36,587 nt of DNA from Candidatus Sabulitectum sp. (GTDB taxonomy: Bacteria; Fermentibacterota; Fermentibacteria; Fermentibacterales; JCC-6): NCBI GenBank assembly GCA_029940175.1, contig JAOZRM010000002.1, positions 1-36,587 on the forward strand, in the 5' to 3' direction. Shown piece after piece: positions 16,975 to 25,482 of this stretch (position 1 is its first letter; the number at the start of each line of letters is the position of its first letter). Below the pieces are notes generated by a model that worked only from the letters and a program-made list of their open reading frames with translations, was not told the origin of the DNA and made no database searches. Both the position numbers and the translations under genes were made by a program.

Positions 16975-17840
16975 TTTGCCCCCTTTTGCTTCAATGATGC
17001 TTCCAGCCTGCAACCGGTTTCCTCCGAGTAGTGTTCAAGAGCTACTCTTTCGTAACTTTTGTAAGTGTTGAGACGTGCCATCATCTCGTCAAAATCTACC
17101 TCATGACCGTCAAACTCCGGGCCGTCCACGCAGGCGAATTTTATTTTACCACCTACTGTTACCCTGCAGCCGCCGCACATACCGGTTCCATCCACCATTA
17201 TGGGATTCAAACTGACTATGGTAGGAATTCCAAGTTTCTTTGTAAGAATACAGACGAATTTCATCATTATGGGAGGTCCCATACAAATGCACTGGTCGAA
17301 CTTCCCGCCATTCTCCACCAGTTTACTTATGGCGTCTGTTACAAGTCCCTTATTTCCTTTGGAACCATCATCTGTGGTAATTATGAGGTCGTCGCTCACA
17401 TCACGCATTCTATCCTCTAGGATCAGCAGGTTTTCCGACCTTGCTCCAAGAACGGAGGTTACTCTGTTACCGATCTCTTTCATGGCTTTTGCAACAGGGT
17501 AGAGCGGGGCAGTGCCTATGCCGCCCCCAACGCAGAGTACATGGCCAACCTTTTCTATGTGAGTTGGTTCCCCCAGAGGCCCGGCTATGTCTGGAATTGA
17601 GTCTCCAACTTCCATCTGAGCCAACTGAAGAGTTGTCTTTCCCACCGATTGAATAATTAGAGTAATGCTGCCTTCGTCACGATCCACATCCGCCAGGGTA
17701 ATCGGTATCCTCTCTCCCTCTTCACTTATGCGCATCAGGACAAACTGCCCGGGCTTTCGGTAGGCTGCCACATCCGGAGCGTACAACCTGTACAGAGTAA
17801 TGTCAGGGCCGAGAGTTTCTTTGTAGAGGATTACGTGCAT
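16971..17840 (-). CDS. nfnA: NfnA / SudB-like FAD-[2Fe-2S] ferredoxin-NADP reductase-type subunit (PyrK-like fold)
   Basis: RKPGQFVLMRI...ERIPITLADVD (FAD-binding barrel), CVGGGIGTAPLYPVAKA (NAD-binding) and the C-terminal MVDGTGMCGGCRV...ACVDGPEF (2Fe-2S). GGAGGG lies upstream of the ATG. Confidence 0.85.
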   Translation of the reverse strand: MHVILYKETLGPDITLYRLYAPDVAAYRKPGQFVLMRISEEGERIPITLADVDRDEGSITLIIQSVGKTTLQLAQMEVGDSIPDIAGPLGEPTHIEKVGHVLCVGGGIGTAPLYPVAKAMKEIGNRVTSVLGARSENLLILEDRMRDVSDDLIITTDDGSKGNKGLVTDAISKLVENGGKFDQCICMGPPIMMKFVCILTKKLGIPTIVSLNPIMVDGTGMCGGCRVTVGGKIKFACVDGPEFDGHEVDFDEMMARLNTYKSYERVALEHYSEETGCRLEASLKQKGAK

Positions 17841-17931
17841 TGATTGCCCTCCGATAGTAAGAATATGGATGTTGTCCGAAACAAAATACCATTCTCAAAA
17901 TGCAGTATGTGCATGGAGAACAGCACGCTCC

Positions 17932-17960
17932 ACAATATTCACCAATCCTTTGTCAGTCAA
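17932..17960 (-). promoter_or_regulatory. Candidate promoter of the nfnA-led cluster (TTGACT-N17-TATTGT on the minus strand)
   Basis: Plus-strand AGTCAA at 17955-17960 and ACAATA at 17932-17937 are separated by exactly 17 nt, about 90 nt upstream of the ATG at 17840. Confidence 0.3.
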
Positions 17961-18165
17961 GAGGTATTACATCATAGCGTCACATGCCGGAATTATCAGG
18001 CATTTGGACTTAATGTATTACATTGATCACAATCAGATAAACCTGTGGAAACAATAATATCATATATATACGCCTTGCAAACAGTAGCAGTACAAGGGTT
18101 TTCATGACGACATCTCTTCTGTATTATTTGTGCGTTGATAAGAAAGGAAGGGGGGATCTTTCGTC

Positions 18166-18393
18166 ATGAAGATTCTTTTTCTTGTACACGATTGCATCAC
18201 AGTTCCTCTTGGTGTCAGCTATCTGGCAGCCCTGGCAAGAGAAAAGGGACATCGCGTGAAGGCTCTCTCGCTTACCGGGAGGGGCATTGAACAGGAAATA
18301 TGTGAATATCAGCCAGATATCATTGCGTTTGGTTCTACTACCGGATTTCACAGACATTACTTGAAACTTGTGAAACCTATCCGGGCGCTCTGA
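18166..18393 (+). pseudogene. Probable remnant of a B12-binding-domain radical SAM gene (N-terminal 75 codons only)
   Basis: MKILFLVHDCITVPLGVSYLAALAREKGHRVKAL...YQPDIIAFGSTTG resembles the Rossmann-like B12-binding N-terminus of class B radical SAM enzymes. A stop follows after 75 aa. I could read no continuation in any frame before the convergent TrmB gene. Confidence 0.4.
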
Positions 18394-18512
18394 TGTTTCA
18401 GGAGTACTGTAATTTGATTCTAACCAGATAACAGTGACTATGGACCCTAGGAATGTTCTGCACCATGTTTTTATCAGTAATGGTGAATTGGATTAGGGAT
18501 TTTGTGTTCGTA

Positions 18513-19391
18513 TTACTTCTCTTTGGGTTCACTGCTAGATTCGGAGATAATCATTTCATACATGCTATTGTGCGGTATGCTGAAGATATGCTTGTTAGTC
18601 AGAGCATCAGTCTTTTCCCTAAGTTCCTCAATCGTCACTTCGCTATTCAGCATGTTTATAATGAATGCAAGCACTGTATCCGCGGATCTTCCGTGCTGGA
18701 ACGTAGTAGCCAGATAGGGATTGTTCACCCAAATGGCGTTGATCACTCTCTCCTCAAAAGAGAAGAAGGCTGTAACCATTTCCCTGCCGTCCACAGCTAT
18801 TGTCAGCAAGCTCACAGGCCATTGCTTGCGTTCCTTCCTTCGTTTCCAGTGTACTACATCGCAACCCGGGATTTCCAGATCGACATAGGTGTTCACAAGA
18901 ACATCCACACCACGCTTTGTTGCTTCAGAAAGGTAAGCTGAGAGGAGAAGCAGTGGAAACCTGTCTGCATTTACCGAAATATTCGCTTGAGCCTTTTCTA
19001 TCAGCATTATTGCTCTTTCAAGGACCTGTTCTGTGCTCTCCATATTGAATATGGCGGGAGCGGATTGATTCTCAGAGAAATCTAACTTCCCGAAAACCTC
19101 CCTTGTCTTATCTACAATAGCTGCTGCTTTTCTGGAATATTGTTTAAGGCATTCTTCAATTGGGGTGGGAACATAAATATTTGTTGTTTTGTCAATACTG
19201 GACATCACGAGACCCTTCAGGGACATGGAACTCAGCGTGTTGTAAATGTTCGGTACCGACCGTCCGAGGATTTTCGCCACTCCGTAACCGGAAAGGGGGG
19301 ACTGCTGCAGTAGAAGAATGTAAATTCTGGCTTCCAGGTCAGAAAGCCCCATTTTCGTAAGTGTATCAATTTCATTCTTGTGTTCTTTCAA
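18513..19391 (-). CDS. TrmB-family transcriptional regulator
   Basis: LTKMGLSDLEARIYILLLQQSPLSGYGVAKILGRSVPNIYNTLSSMSLKGLV is a TrmB-type winged HTH. It is followed by a C-terminal domain of about 200 aa. Confidence 0.75.
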   Translation of the reverse strand: MKEHKNEIDTLTKMGLSDLEARIYILLLQQSPLSGYGVAKILGRSVPNIYNTLSSMSLKGLVMSSIDKTTNIYVPTPIEECLKQYSRKAAAIVDKTREVFGKLDFSENQSAPAIFNMESTEQVLERAIMLIEKAQANISVNADRFPLLLLSAYLSEATKRGVDVLVNTYVDLEIPGCDVVHWKRRKERKQWPVSLLTIAVDGREMVTAFFSFEERVINAIWVNNPYLATTFQHGRSADTVLAFIINMLNSEVTIEELREKTDALTNKHIFSIPHNSMYEMIISESSSEPKEK

Positions 19392-19644
19392 AAGTTCTCC
19401 AGACTTTCCATGCAGGAAAGAGTAATATTATCAACACGGGTTTAAAATGCTACAGATTCACTGAACTCACCGATTACTCATTGAATTCCTGTTGTCGGAC
19501 TATTTGTACAATAAAACTCAGTAAAAGAGTCAAGGATAATTGGTGGAAACCGACCTGTCCAATTGGAATTCATTCGGCTGCAGCATTCTATTTCAACTCT
19601 GCAGGGAGTAACCGCTCCTGTTTTCTGGTGCAGACAGAAAGAAT

Positions 19645-19673
19645 TTGACAACAGTTATGAAAAATAGTACATT
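19645..19673 (+). promoter_or_regulatory. Candidate promoter of the marR-CMD operon (TTGACA-N17-TACATT)
   Basis: TTGACA lies at 19645-19650 and TACATT at 19668-19673, about 45 nt upstream of the ATG at 19717. The same -10 hexamer appears in the TA-operon candidate. Confidence 0.45.
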
Positions 19674-19716
19674 AAGTGAACAGTAGACGGAGCGAACTAA
19701 TGGATATGGAGATACT

Positions 19717-20187
19717 ATGAAGAACGAAAAGCAGATAGACCGGATAGAAGAATTGCTGTCAATGATTCCAACAAGAATGTGCAGAAACATGAGCAACAGG
19801 TTTGCAAATGTTATTCTTAAGGATCTAGCTGAAGGTTTGGCGAAGCATCACTTCATGATAATGAAAATGCTGAAAGATAACGACAGGCAATATGTTACGG
19901 AAATCGTAGATAGTCTTGGAATTACAAAATCTCAGATGACAGCTTCGGTAAATAAGTTGCTTGATCTTGAGTATGTCGAAAGAATCACAGACCCAGGTGA
20001 CAGAAGAAAAATATACATTGCTCTTACGGAAGATGGCCATCAGATCACAGACAGAATTTCTAAAAGAATGAAGGATGTTTTCCACCAGGACATAAAGGTA
20101 CTCAATCAGGATGAGCTGAATAAACTTGAAGACGGTCTTAAGATTTTAAACAAAATTTGCCTGCTAAGTAGAATGGGTAATGAATAA
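19717..20187 (+). CDS. MarR-family transcriptional regulator
   Basis: FMIMKMLKDNDRQYVTEIVDSLGITKSQMTASVNKLLDLEYVERITDPGDRRKIYIALTEDG is a canonical MarR wHTH with the DPxDRR wing. Confidence 0.85.
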   Translation: MKNEKQIDRIEELLSMIPTRMCRNMSNRFANVILKDLAEGLAKHHFMIMKMLKDNDRQYVTEIVDSLGITKSQMTASVNKLLDLEYVERITDPGDRRKIYIALTEDGHQITDRISKRMKDVFHQDIKVLNQDELNKLEDGLKILNKICLLSRMGNE

Positions 20188-20804
20188 TGAACAGAAAATT
20201 CGATAAGAGAATACACGATATCAAAACACAGAACGAAGACATAAGAAAGCTGCTGACTCACAAAGATGCTTTTGTGGAGACAATAGTAAATCCTGTTATA
20301 AGCAAGGCATTCAGTGAAAGCATAAGTCTCGCAGTAACTCAGGTGAACGGCTGCAAGCTTTGCAGTTATACACACGCAAAGAATGCCCTGAAAGCCGGGA
20401 TGAGTGAAGAGGAGGTTGAGTACCTGCTGTCCGGCGATTTCGACAACGCTCCCAAGGAGCAACTTGAAGCTCTGCTTTTCGCCCAGCATTACGCGGATAC
20501 AAAGGGCAGTCCTGACTCGGATGCAGCCGGGAAGTTGCGGGACACCTACGGTGAAGAGGCAGCAAAAGACATCATGTCTCACTTACTCATAATCATGCTG
20601 GCCAATCTGCATGGTAACACACTGGAAGCTTTCAAGCTTCGCCTGAGAGGAAAGGGAATTAATGGAAGCAGTTTCTGGCAGGAACTAGCAGTGCTGGTAA
20701 ATTTTTTCAAGATCGCACCTGTGATTCTTCCTGGAATACTGCTTTACAAGATAAGGAGAAATGAGAGAAGCTACCCTGCTGAGCTTGAACTTAAGGAAGC
20801 CTGA
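20187..20804 (+). CDS. Carboxymuconolactone decarboxylase / AhpD-like family protein with a hydrophobic C-terminal tail
   Basis: VTQVNGCKLCSYTHAKNAL is an AhpD-like CxxC...H motif. The start overlaps the marR stop (TAATG). The C-terminus FWQELAVLVNFFKIAPVILPGILLY looks like a TM anchor. Confidence 0.75.
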   Translation: MNRKFDKRIHDIKTQNEDIRKLLTHKDAFVETIVNPVISKAFSESISLAVTQVNGCKLCSYTHAKNALKAGMSEEEVEYLLSGDFDNAPKEQLEALLFAQHYADTKGSPDSDAAGKLRDTYGEEAAKDIMSHLLIIMLANLHGNTLEAFKLRLRGKGINGSSFWQELAVLVNFFKIAPVILPGILLYKIRRNERSYPAELELKEA

Positions 20805-20875
20805 AAGAACCATTTTATCCAGCAGGCTTTTCAACGATGGCAAATTTGATATAGTAGAAGTGGAAGGAGTTGCTT

Positions 20876-22267
20876 ATGAAAGTACTGCTGTTTCTTTTAC
20901 TCCCTTTCATATCCCTGGCCAATGTTGATATGGTTATGGGCGATACCGCTGAAAACGAACTGATTATCTCCTGGTCGCTTGAAGACACTGTTTTTGCAGG
21001 AAAGTACGTCGGGGGAGAATTCACACAGGTTGTTGTGAAGCCCGGCCTGAATACTGGAATTGTCACCATTGCAAAAGATTCTGAAGATGGAAAGCATGTT
21101 CTCTTTCTCCCGTACGGCTATACATTTGAACCTTTGTATGTTGAGATGTATTCCTACTCTTATGATGATCTTGCCTGTGAATCAGTGACCTCTGTTCTAA
21201 TGCAGACAAACGATACTTTCCGTTTCTTGAAGTCAGCAGATGACAGATGGGATGCTGTCCTTGCTCACAGTTATGTTCTCTGTACAGGGAGCTGGAGTGC
21301 ATTACTCTGTGTTTCCCAAATAAGCTGGGGAGTCTGGACAGGAGGCAGCCTTTTCGAGCTAAATGAAGCAACCTGGGAAAAGTTATACTCATATTCAGAT
21401 CTCAGATCCGGAGATGATGCAGGTTTGACTGCCGGCCCAGTTGTTTGCCCGGGGGGTTACCCACTGTTTGCTGTATCCTTCGGTCTTTTCAGTTCCAGCA
21501 GCGAGTGGGTTGAGCATAACTACCTTATGTTTGATCCTGATTCAGCCGATCTATTGCACTCTTCCATATTGGAGGGCTGGGATCCTGATATTGCAGGAGT
21601 GTTGGGTTTGGGCAGTTCTTCAGATACGGATGCTGTTCTTATTTATTCAGACGATTCAGGGAACGTGAACTGGTCCACGTTTGGCGCATTCTCACCGGTG
21701 CCTGAATCCACAGATATTTTGCCCTGGGATTTTCCCGAGTCTGGTGACCCGCTGGTTTTCACTTCCACATACGAACTTCCCGGGATGCTCATGGTCTGGT
21801 ATAAAGATGGAGAGATAAGATGCCGCCACTGGAACGGTGAATGGAACAACTACGATTATTTCGTTGCAAGTTCCTCTTATCCAACGGATACTGGGGAAAT
21901 AGCAGTTTGTTCCAATACAGATGGCTACTGGATAGCGTGGTTGCCGGGAACAGCCTCAGAGCCTGAGGTTGTCTTTATTAGTTTTGATGAAGTTACCGGA
22001 GTTGAGAGTAATGAATCTCAGCCCTTTGAAACCTCTATTCGGATAAATCCTGTAACCAATCCAGTTACTGGAATCTTGTGTGTTGAAGTCTCAGGTATTT
22101 CTTCAGGCATAGCTGTAGTTACTGACCTTTCCGGTCGGACTGTTTTTGAAAGTGAAATTCTGGGAGAGGGAATTCATTCTCTTGGGGGATTGCCTGTTTC
22201 CGGGATGTATTTAGTAAGGTTACATCATTCCACAGGAATTGTATCCTGCAGGGTGGTGTCTTTTTGA
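20876..22267 (+). CDS. Secreted protein with a T9SS (Por) type-A C-terminal sorting domain; the body is not recognised
   Basis: ATG at 20876 lies 6 nt after GGAAGGAG. Signal peptide MKVLLFLLLPFISLANV. The C-terminal 70-80 aa (...ILCVEVSGISSGIAVVTDLSGRTVFESEI...GMYLVRLHHSTGIVSCRVVSF) fit the T9SS CTD pattern. Confidence 0.65.
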   Translation: MKVLLFLLLPFISLANVDMVMGDTAENELIISWSLEDTVFAGKYVGGEFTQVVVKPGLNTGIVTIAKDSEDGKHVLFLPYGYTFEPLYVEMYSYSYDDLACESVTSVLMQTNDTFRFLKSADDRWDAVLAHSYVLCTGSWSALLCVSQISWGVWTGGSLFELNEATWEKLYSYSDLRSGDDAGLTAGPVVCPGGYPLFAVSFGLFSSSSEWVEHNYLMFDPDSADLLHSSILEGWDPDIAGVLGLGSSSDTDAVLIYSDDSGNVNWSTFGAFSPVPESTDILPWDFPESGDPLVFTSTYELPGMLMVWYKDGEIRCRHWNGEWNNYDYFVASSSYPTDTGEIAVCSNTDGYWIAWLPGTASEPEVVFISFDEVTGVESNESQPFETSIRINPVTNPVTGILCVEVSGISSGIAVVTDLSGRTVFESEILGEGIHSLGGLPVSGMYLVRLHHSTGIVSCRVVSF

Positions 22268-22295
22268 AAATTGTAAGCGGAGGTACGGTTTGAAA

Positions 22296-22625
22296 ATGAT
22301 TTCCATCTGCGGGCTGGATTGTTCAGAGTGCCCTGCAAGAGTGGCTCATCTGAACAACGATGATACACTTCGGAAAAAGACTGCTGCGGATTGGTCTGGA
22401 ATGTATGGAGCGGACATTAAACCGGAACAAGTTAACTGCACAGGTTGTACTGCTCCGGGAATCAAATTTCCTCACTGTGAGAACGGCTGCACCATGAGAA
22501 AATGTGCCATGGAGAAGAAGATTGATCACTGCGGTCAATGCTCTGATTACCCATGTGAGCAGTTAGCAGGCTTTTTCGCCCATGTCCCCGAAGCAAAGGT
22601 AAATCTGGAAGTATTACGCAGTTAG
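22296..22625 (+). CDS. DUF3795-like Cys-rich protein
   Basis: ATG at 22296 follows GCGGAGG. MISICGLDCSECPA...CTGC...HCENGCTMRKCA...HCGQCSDYPCEQL is the typical DUF3795 Cys pattern. The track start at 22239 would overlap the upstream gene. Confidence 0.7.
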   Translation: MISICGLDCSECPARVAHLNNDDTLRKKTAADWSGMYGADIKPEQVNCTGCTAPGIKFPHCENGCTMRKCAMEKKIDHCGQCSDYPCEQLAGFFAHVPEAKVNLEVLRS

Positions 22626-22633
22626 AAGGTTCT

Positions 22634-22654
22634 TTTGTCAATCTTCTTGACAAA
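22634..22654. repeat. Perfect 8-bp inverted repeat TTTGTCAA-N5-TTGACAAA
   Basis: Located at 22634-22641 and 22647-22654, between the DUF3795 stop (22625) and the ATG at 22681. The right arm contains TTGACA. It may be an operator or a weak terminator hairpin; there is no clear T-run. Confidence 0.5.
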
Positions 22655-22680
22655 TGACAATATGATAGAATAATTCAGAC

Positions 22681-24828
22681 ATGAATTTACTAATACTTTT
22701 TGTTGCTCTCTGCGGTTTGAGCGTTGAGAGGGTTGAAGTTGCTCCTGAGATTGACGGAGTGATCAATGATGTATGCTGGCAGTCGGTAGAACCTGTTGGA
22801 GGCGAGTTTATCGGCTTTCGCCCCAGGGCCGATGTGCCACTGTCTCAGCTTACAGATGTCAGACTTTCCTATGATGATGAATTTCTGTACATCTGTGCTT
22901 TTATGCACGACTCTGATCCATCAACAATATGTCACCAGCTTGGTGCCCGTGACGAGGATCAGCCTGTTGATAAATTCTATATCTACATAGATACATTTAA
23001 CGATGACTCCAACTGTTTTGTTTTTACCGTTACAGTTGATGGTGTTCAGCTTGACTCCCGAAGAACCAACGTTAATGGCGAGGACAGAAACTGGGATGCA
23101 GTCTGGAGTTCTGCGGTTTCAATGTGTGATTCCGGCTGGACGGTGGAGGTAGCCCTGCCATTCTCGGTTCTCAGGTATTCTCCCCAGGAGGAACAGGTAT
23201 GGGGCATAAACTTCGGACGCACCATCTCTTCCACCAACGAAGCCGGATACATGTTTCGTATGAAAGAGCAGGGTGGAACTGATGTGTCATGTTTTGGGTA
23301 TCTGACTGGTCTTCGTGATCTGCCCACTGGTCATAGAATAGAAATCCGCCCTTTTGTTGCAGGCCGTTTACAGTTCGGTGGAGGTGACGGGCTTTTCAGC
23401 GATCCATGGGGCAGTGCAGGAATTGATCTTAAGATACCTCTTAATATGCAGTCCGTTATGGATGTGACGGTTTATCCTGATTTCGGTCAGGTGGAATCCG
23501 ATGCGGACCAGGGCAACATCTCTCACTGGGCACCATGGCTCCGGGAGAAGAGACCTTTCTTTATGGAAGGCACCGAGATCTTTGATATGCCGTTTAACAT
23601 GTTCTACTCCAGAAGAATTGGGTCGGTAGCCTGGAATGGAGATCTCATCCCGATTCTGGGTGGAGTAAAGATCACCGGTACATCCGGCAAGCTCAAATAC
23701 GGTGCCCTCGAGGTTGTTACCGGCAGAGTATGGGAAGACGACAGTACTCTTGTTGAGCGCGCCACTTCCTACAGCATCGGATCATTGCTTGAAGAGTTCA
23801 GCCCGGGTAACTGGATTAAAGTCTCCGCGACCAGCGTGGATGTTCCAGATCAAGAGGGGGAACAGTATTCATACGGTCGTTCCGGTTCTTTCAGCGGGAT
23901 GATCACTATCCATGAGCACTTTGAGGTAAAGGGCAAACTGGGACTCACATGGAACAGGTTCCAGGAAGAGTCAGATAATGCTGCAATGCGTGTGGATGCC
24001 GGGTACTTCAGAGAACATTTTGATATGAATTTCCGTTTTGAGAAAAAGGGTGAGGATTTCAACCCTTCATATATGGGGTATGTCCAGGGAAACGGAGAAA
24101 CTTCCTTCTCTATGTACTCAAATGTATCACATGACTTTAAATCAGGAGCCATGGATGCTCTCTGGTTTGGAATCAATCCATGGTACAGTACAGATGCTTC
24201 CAGCAGAAATTCCGGTAGCGGAGCAAATATCTGGTTCGGCGGTGCAACCATCAGCAGATATGACCTTAATTTCTGGGCTGACTATAACGATCGATGGTTT
24301 GACCGGTACGAGGGGCCTGAAGGAAGATGGTATGACGCGGGCTTTTCCGGTGGTTTTTCCTCATCTACTGACTACAGAAAACCTGTTGCCGGATGGATAA
24401 GTGCTAATCGCAGCAGTTATCTCGACTCCTGGATGAGAAGATTTTCTCTCGGGCTCATGTTGAAACCCAGTTCTCTTCTTTCTATTAATCTGGAACCTTC
24501 TATGCGAATACAGGAACCGGCCACCAGATACAACTGGAACGAGGAACAGTGGGAGAAAACATCTTCAGACTGGAAATCCCTCAGTATCTCAGCTACCTAC
24601 ATGATCACGCCACTTATGCGAGTCAGGCTCAACGGACAGATATCCAGATTTGACAGAACCTGGGATACAGAATCTTCCTCTTATTCAAGTGATAATATCT
24701 GGGCAAATCTGCTCTACAGCTGGGAGTACCGTGCAGGCAGCTGGTTCCATTTCCTGATTGGCGAAGTCAGTGAGGATGAAGAGGATCCTGAATTTACTGC
24801 TTACGCAAAATTGACCCGCTTCTTTTAA
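22681..24828 (+). CDS. CBM9-like (DOMON-like) domain plus DUF5916-type outer-membrane beta-barrel protein
   Basis: The N-terminus APEIDGVINDVCWQSVEPVGG.F...P......TDVRLSYDDEFLYICAFMHD is the family-9 carbohydrate-binding-like pattern. The remaining 500 aa or so are rich in alternating aromatic/Gly strands and end in ...AKLTRFF (terminal Phe). Confidence 0.65.
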   Translation: MNLLILFVALCGLSVERVEVAPEIDGVINDVCWQSVEPVGGEFIGFRPRADVPLSQLTDVRLSYDDEFLYICAFMHDSDPSTICHQLGARDEDQPVDKFYIYIDTFNDDSNCFVFTVTVDGVQLDSRRTNVNGEDRNWDAVWSSAVSMCDSGWTVEVALPFSVLRYSPQEEQVWGINFGRTISSTNEAGYMFRMKEQGGTDVSCFGYLTGLRDLPTGHRIEIRPFVAGRLQFGGGDGLFSDPWGSAGIDLKIPLNMQSVMDVTVYPDFGQVESDADQGNISHWAPWLREKRPFFMEGTEIFDMPFNMFYSRRIGSVAWNGDLIPILGGVKITGTSGKLKYGALEVVTGRVWEDDSTLVERATSYSIGSLLEEFSPGNWIKVSATSVDVPDQEGEQYSYGRSGSFSGMITIHEHFEVKGKLGLTWNRFQEESDNAAMRVDAGYFREHFDMNFRFEKKGEDFNPSYMGYVQGNGETSFSMYSNVSHDFKSGAMDALWFGINPWYSTDASSRNSGSGANIWFGGATISRYDLNFWADYNDRWFDRYEGPEGRWYDAGFSGGFSSSTDYRKPVAGWISANRSSYLDSWMRRFSLGLMLKPSSLLSINLEPSMRIQEPATRYNWNEEQWEKTSSDWKSLSISATYMITPLMRVRLNGQISRFDRTWDTESSSYSSDNIWANLLYSWEYRAGSWFHFLIGEVSEDEEDPEFTAYAKLTRFF

Positions 24829-24933
24829 CAGATTCTCCGAATTTCCCACTATGTCATAAGTTATGCTTGCTGGAAGCCCGCATCAACTGTATTGTAGTTG
24901 CCGGGTTAACTAATTACAGGAGGAGGATGGGAT

Positions 24934-25431
24934 ATGAACCCTGATAAGCTGGATGGCAAGATGCTGCTGGAGCAGGCAGAGCAGACTGGGATAATTTTTC
25001 GCACAAAGGATTCATGGAGAAGGTTACAGATATTCGCAGGTATTCTTAGTTGCATAATGATCATCACCATCCCTCTGGGAATCTGGATCATCATTCGCGC
25101 CAGAAAAGCCAGAGTGGGACTTACTCCCGAGGGGTTTGCCTTTACCTACCTTACGACAGTTGCATACAGATGGAGTGACATTGAATCATTTACCGCATCA
25201 GGTATGAGTGGTTCTATGTATGGTGGCGGTCTTGTTGGAATGGCCACTGCAGCCGCAGTGGAGAACAAAACAAAGGGGTTGAAGGGTCCATTGTACTTCA
25301 AGGTAAAAGGGAAACGTAACAGGCAAATGATTCCTGCCCATACAATTGAGAATTCTTTGGGAATGGCCATAGAAATGGAACGGTTGTCCGGTATTTCCTT
25401 TCTCTCTGCTGAAATGAAGAATCAGGGCTGA
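24934..25431 (+). CDS. Hypothetical membrane protein (one TM hairpin plus a small soluble domain)
   Basis: Strong RBS AGGAGGAGG upstream. Hydrophobic segment IFAGILSCIMIITIPLGIWIIII. No family recognised. Confidence 0.5.
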   Translation: MNPDKLDGKMLLEQAEQTGIIFRTKDSWRRLQIFAGILSCIMIITIPLGIWIIIRARKARVGLTPEGFAFTYLTTVAYRWSDIESFTASGMSGSMYGGGLVGMATAAAVENKTKGLKGPLYFKVKGKRNRQMIPAHTIENSLGMAIEMERLSGISFLSAEMKNQG

Positions 25432-25482
25432 TCCTCTCTGCAGTTCCCGGTAGAAATTGATTGAGATCAAAGGGGGCAGGAC

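Noticed and set aside
16432-17031. 199-aa plus-strand ORF antisense to nfnB-like
   Set aside because: Same reasoning: it is embedded in a gene with unambiguous GltD/NfnB motifs, and its sequence is Ser/Phe/Cys-rich with no domain pattern.
17841-18100. Rex operators upstream of the nfnA-led cluster (TCACAA at about 18027-18032, TCACA at about 17979-17983) and TGTGAA at about 15463 upstream of the regulator gene
   Set aside because: These are only isolated half-sites. The partner half-sites match 2-3 of 7 positions, which is not better than chance by eye.
18453-18941. 162-aa plus-strand ORF overlapping the TrmB gene
   Set aside because: It is antisense to a gene with a clear TrmB wHTH, and its hydrophobic start looks like a translation artefact.
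20106-20582. 158-aa minus-strand ORF overlapping marR and the CMD gene
   Set aside because: It is antisense to two well-supported genes and shows no motifs.
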